Assembly: GCA_944381625.1 (NCBI GenBank)
Contig: CALWLW010000007.1
Location: forward strand, 1 to 64,000
From: an uncultured Lachnoclostridium sp.
GTDB taxonomy: Bacteria > Bacillota > Clostridia > Lachnospirales > Lachnospiraceae
Length of the DNA stretch: 64,000 bases
Direction: 5' to 3'
Under the pieces are notes generated by a model. The model saw nothing but the letters and a program-made list of their open reading frames with translations, was not told the origin of the DNA and ran no database searches. Shown one piece after another: positions 60,248 through 64,000 of this stretch. The position numbers and the translations under genes were made by a program. The first letter of the stretch is position 1; each line of letters begins with the position of its first letter.

Positions 60248-61573
60248 ATGAAGTTCAAGAAAATGTTATCTGTGCTCCTGATTACCGCTGCGGCTGTAAG
60301 CCTTACCGCCTGCGGCGGGGGATCAGATTCCGCCGGGAGTTCTTCCGATACGGCGGAAGGCGAAGACGGCGAAGTGGTCATCCACCTGATGATGAGCAAT
60401 TCCCAGGAACTGGGCGTCAGCGCCGCAGTAGAAGCCTTCAACGAGGCTTATGCGGGAAAGATCCGCTGCGAGGCAGACTATGTAGCCTTCGACAACGTAT
60501 TTGAAAACCTGGAGGTGCTGATGAGCAACCAGTCCACCGAATACGATATATTTGCCGCTGACGGCCCCAACGTATCCGCTTATGTGCACCGCGGTTATCT
60601 GGAACCTCTGAACACATGGTTCAGCGACGACGAGATCGCCATGTTCACGGATTCTATGATCACCGAAGGTACGGTCAACGACCAGTTCTATGGAGCTCCC
60701 ATGGGCGACTCTTCACTGGTTCTGTATTATAACACGGCCCTTTTGGAGCAGGCCGGCCTGAATATTGATTTTGCGTCCATTACCCCGGACAACCGTCTGA
60801 CCTGGGAACAGCTTCTGGACTATGCCCGGCAGGCGCTGGACGTGCTGGACCCGGACGGCTCCAATGGTATCTACGGCGTTGAGTTCCAGCAGGTGGGACG
60901 GGTATATCAGATGAACGTCCTTCCCAACTCCCTGGGCGGAGCTCAGATCAGCGAGGACGGCCTGAGTGTGGACGGCGTTATCAATACCGATCCGTGGTAT
61001 GAAGCACTGCAGTTCTATCAGGATAACGTGAACGCAGGCCTGTTCACCAGAGGCATCTCCGCTACCGAGACCAGCAGCTACTTCCAGTCCGGACAGATCC
61101 TTTTCTATCTGGGAACCACCGCGCTTCCGGCCACTTTTGAGTCCAACGGGTTCACCGATTACGGATACACCTACGTTCCCTGCTTCGAAGGCCATGAGGA
61201 CGACGTCAGGACCTCCTGCGGAAGCTGGACTATCGGAATGAACGTCTACTCCGACAAAAAGGATGCGGCGGCAGAATTTATCAAATATCTGACTCTGTAT
61301 GAAGGCGCCGACGTATATATTAACGCTTCCGGTATGGTACCGGCCCTGACCCGCCAGTTCACCGACGAACTGATCGCAGAGAAACCTTTTATGGAAATGG
61401 CCCAGTATGAAGTTATGAATACCTCCCTGGTCCGTGCCATCACCCCGGCATACAACGAGTATTCCACCACTATGGACGCCATGTGGGACAACGTGCGCAA
61501 CGGCGCAGATATTCAGGAGTCTGTGGACAACTGTATCGCAGATCTGAAGACAGCGTTTGCAGAATATCAGTAA
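60248..61573 (+). CDS. Sugar ABC transporter substrate-binding lipoprotein (family 1 SBP)
   Basis: The start was set to MKFKKMLSVLLITAAAVSLTACGG with an AAGGAGG RBS. The lipobox is LTAC. Confidence 0.85.
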   Translation: MKFKKMLSVLLITAAAVSLTACGGGSDSAGSSSDTAEGEDGEVVIHLMMSNSQELGVSAAVEAFNEAYAGKIRCEADYVAFDNVFENLEVLMSNQSTEYDIFAADGPNVSAYVHRGYLEPLNTWFSDDEIAMFTDSMITEGTVNDQFYGAPMGDSSLVLYYNTALLEQAGLNIDFASITPDNRLTWEQLLDYARQALDVLDPDGSNGIYGVEFQQVGRVYQMNVLPNSLGGAQISEDGLSVDGVINTDPWYEALQFYQDNVNAGLFTRGISATETSSYFQSGQILFYLGTTALPATFESNGFTDYGYTYVPCFEGHEDDVRTSCGSWTIGMNVYSDKKDAAAEFIKYLTLYEGADVYINASGMVPALTRQFTDELIAEKPFMEMAQYEVMNTSLVRAITPAYNEYSTTMDAMWDNVRNGADIQESVDNCIADLKTAFAEYQ

Positions 61574-61659
61574 TCATATCCGCGGCGGGGCTGCGCAGTC
61601 CGCGCAGCCCTCGCCCTGCGGCGATTTTATGAATATCCATACGACTAAGGAGGGAGAAA

Positions 61660-62541
61660 GTGACTGACCAACCGACAAAGACCCTGCGAGGCAAGTTTTC
61701 CGTCCCCCGGAAACTCCTGCCATATTTGATGCTCTCACCGGCGCTGATTATTATCTTCATATTTAAAATCTATCCGATTATATCCGTCATCGTGACGTCT
61801 TTCATCCGCGACGGACATTTTACTTTCCGTACATACGAGATCCTTCTGGGAGACCGGACCTTCTGGATGTCCCTGTGGACGACCCTTAAAATGAATCTGG
61901 TTATGATACCGCTCCAGATCGTACTGTCCCTGATCCTGGCCCTTCTGGTCAATTCCACGGTGAAAGGCATCGGGATTTTCCGGAGCGTCTATTACCTTCC
62001 CGTAACCATGGCCATCTCCGTGGCGGCCATCACCTGGGAACTCATGGCCAACTACAACAACGGCGTTTTCAACAGCCTCTTCAGTTTTCTGGGCATCGGC
62101 CGCCAGGGGCTTTTTACTGACTCCAAACAGGCGCTCTGGTGTATTGTAATCATGGCCACCTGGAAAGGCTGCGGCATGTGGATGATGTATCTCCTTGCCG
62201 GTCTCAAGGGCGTGGATACCTCTATCTATGAATCCGCCCGTCTGGATGGCGCGGGCTATTTCCGCACTCTGTTCAGCATCACGCTTCCATTGATCAAAAG
62301 GACTCTGCTGTTTGTTATTGTGGCCAACACTTCGGCAAACATGCTTTTATTTGCTCCCATGCAGCTGATCACCGAAGGCGGCCCCCAGAACAGCACAAAC
62401 GTGCTCATGTACGAGGTCTACAAATCCGCGTTCCAGAACGGAAACGCGTCCCGCGCAGGCGCCCTGACCGCTATCCTTTTGATCATTGTCCTGACCGTGG
62501 TCATCCTGCAGTTCCGGATGTTAAATGAAAAAGAAGAGTAG
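61660..62541 (+). CDS. Sugar ABC transporter permease (MalF/UgpA-like)
   Basis: 293 aa with 6 TM helices and an EAA loop (ESARLDGAGYFRTLFSITLP). GTG start with a GGAGGGAG RBS. Confidence 0.85.
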   Translation: MTDQPTKTLRGKFSVPRKLLPYLMLSPALIIIFIFKIYPIISVIVTSFIRDGHFTFRTYEILLGDRTFWMSLWTTLKMNLVMIPLQIVLSLILALLVNSTVKGIGIFRSVYYLPVTMAISVAAITWELMANYNNGVFNSLFSFLGIGRQGLFTDSKQALWCIVIMATWKGCGMWMMYLLAGLKGVDTSIYESARLDGAGYFRTLFSITLPLIKRTLLFVIVANTSANMLLFAPMQLITEGGPQNSTNVLMYEVYKSAFQNGNASRAGALTAILLIIVLTVVILQFRMLNEKEE

Positions 62542-62552
62542 GGAGAAGAACG

Positions 62553-63395
62553 ATGCAGAAACATAAGACGTTAAAAAACATACTATTATATCTTGTACTT
62601 GTCTGTATTGCCGTCGTCGCCATTTTCCCGCTTTTTTACATTGTGATGGCGTCCTTTCGGACCAATATAGAGATATTTGACTACGCGCTTCCCTTTACCT
62701 GGAAAACGCTCATTCCCCAGGAATGGACGATCAGCAATTACATCGCTATTTTCGAAGAGTTTCATTTTGGACTGGCCATCCGCAACACCCTGATCGTGGT
62801 TGCAGTTCTGGTCCCCCTGTCCTTAAGCATCTCAGCTTTGGGCGGATTTGTATTCGCTTTCTTTGATTTCAAAGGGAAAAATGTGCTTTTCGCCCTGTGC
62901 CTGATCTCCTTCATGGTTCCTGTAGACGCGATTGTACTGCCCTTGTACAATCTGATCTCCAAAATGGGCCTTGTGAACTCCTACGCGTCCCTGATCCTGC
63001 CCAGCGCGGCCAGCGGACTTGCCATGTTCCTGTTCACCCAGTTTTTCAAGGAGATTCCCAAAAGCCTGCTGGAAGCGGCGCGCATCGACGGAGCCAACTG
63101 GCTGCAGGTATTTGTAAAGATTGTACTGCCCCTGTCCGTTCCGGTGACCATCACCGCGGGCCTGATGGTATTTGTCAATGAGTGGAACAATTTCTTCTGG
63201 CCCCTGCTGGTGGCAAGGACGGAGGAGTTCCGGACCATTCAGGTGGCGCTCTCTTACTTCCAGGATGAAAATGCCGTTTATTTCAGCTATATTTTCGCAG
63301 GCTCCGCCATATCGGCCATTGTTCCTGTGCTCCTGTTCCTGCCACTGCAGAAATATTTTGTTCAGGGCATCACCAGCAGCGGAGTGAAAGGTTAA
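62553..63395 (+). CDS. Sugar ABC transporter permease (MalG/UgpE-like)
   Basis: 280 aa with an EAA loop (EAARIDGANWLQVFVKIVLP). Confidence 0.85.
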   Translation: MQKHKTLKNILLYLVLVCIAVVAIFPLFYIVMASFRTNIEIFDYALPFTWKTLIPQEWTISNYIAIFEEFHFGLAIRNTLIVVAVLVPLSLSISALGGFVFAFFDFKGKNVLFALCLISFMVPVDAIVLPLYNLISKMGLVNSYASLILPSAASGLAMFLFTQFFKEIPKSLLEAARIDGANWLQVFVKIVLPLSVPVTITAGLMVFVNEWNNFFWPLLVARTEEFRTIQVALSYFQDENAVYFSYIFAGSAISAIVPVLLFLPLQKYFVQGITSSGVKG

Positions 63396-63436
63396 GCAAC
63401 GTACCAACGATCCATTTTCATCAGGAGAACAAACCC

Positions 63437-64000
63437 ATGAAAGCAACTGACACGACTTATCTCAGACGCCTTGAAAAACCCGGGCAGCCTGTCGATGTAG
63501 TGATCGATACAGACGCTTACAATCAGGTGGACGATCTGTACGCCATCGCCTATCTGCTCTTATCCCAGGACAAACTGAACCTGCAGGCTATCCTGGCGGC
63601 TCCGTTCTACAGCCCGCCCAGCCTTGGGCGGCTGCGTCAGAATACCAGCGCCAAAGAAGGCATGGAGCAAAGCTACCAGGCCATCCAGGATCTGCTTCAT
63701 ATTATGGGGAAGGACAGCTTCTCTTCCAGAGTATTCCGCGGTTCTGAAGCCAGCCTGCCGGATGAGCATACACCCGTTGATTCCCCTGCTGTGCAGGAAT
63801 TGATCCGGCTGGCCAGGGAGCACAGCCCGGAACGCCCCCTTTACATCATATCCATCGCGGTGCTCACCAATGTGGCCTCCGCGATTCTGGCCGCTCCGGA
63901 TATTGTCGACCGCATCGTCATCATCTGGCTGGGCGGGCACAGCCTGGACTGGGGCACCTGCGACGATTTTAACGCGTTTCAGGATATCGCCGCCGCCCGT
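63437..64000 (+). CDS. Nucleoside hydrolase family protein (N-terminal part; ORF runs off the window)
   Basis: ATG at 63437 with an AGGAGAA RBS. The product MKATDTTYLRRLEKPGQPVDVVIDTDAYNQVDDLYAIAYLL carries the DTDxxxDD motif of IU-nucleoside hydrolases. The frame stays open to the window end. Confidence 0.7.
   Translation, partial: MKATDTTYLRRLEKPGQPVDVVIDTDAYNQVDDLYAIAYLLLSQDKLNLQAILAAPFYSPPSLGRLRQNTSAKEGMEQSYQAIQDLLHIMGKDSFSSRVFRGSEASLPDEHTPVDSPAVQELIRLAREHSPERPLYIISIAVLTNVASAILAAPDIVDRIVIIWLGGHSLDWGTCDDFNAFQDIAAAR

Noticed and set aside
60082-60504. ORFs 60082-60441 (-) and 60178-60504 (+) across the leader and SBP start
   Set aside because: They overlap the well-supported SBP gene and the promoter and terminator. 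They have no RBS.

Overview
This 64-kb window looks like a chromosomal segment from a high-GC Firmicute (Clostridia/Lachnospiraceae-like codon usage). Lipoprotein substrate-binding proteins, a Tad/Flp pilus locus and BofA/YaaL support that assignment. Gene density is high, mostly on the minus strand. Conserved housekeeping genes (recR, ybaB, dnaX, pfkA, tadA, rsmA, tatD, and an unannotated Bacillus-type SRP RNA at about 20.6-20.9 kb) are interleaved with accessory blocks. The accessory blocks are: a YesM/YesN-like two-component pair; an alpha-galactoside Msm/Aga ABC locus with a divergent AraC regulator; a beta-glucoside PTS plus GH1 operon with a MurR/RpiR regulator; a ParE/Phd toxin-antitoxin pair; an MglABC-like ABC transporter with a PfkB kinase, a class II aldolase and a GntR regulator; a complete Tad/Flp pilus locus with an FHA-domain protein; and a third sugar ABC transporter preceded by a short promoter-plus-terminator leader. 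The most unusual region is a tightly packed five-gene minus-strand block at 21.0-30.8 kb. It encodes an SPFH/band-7 protein with a tandemly duplicated C-terminal zinc ribbon, a small four-TM protein, and three tandem paralogs of a large membrane protein. Each paralog has an N-terminal zinc ribbon, a TIR(-like) domain and TPR-like helical repeats; two of them carry C-terminal RCC1-like repeats predicted to lie outside the membrane. I flag this block as a candidate undescribed TIR-based membrane signalling or defence system. No CRISPR array, rRNA, tRNA or transposase was seen.
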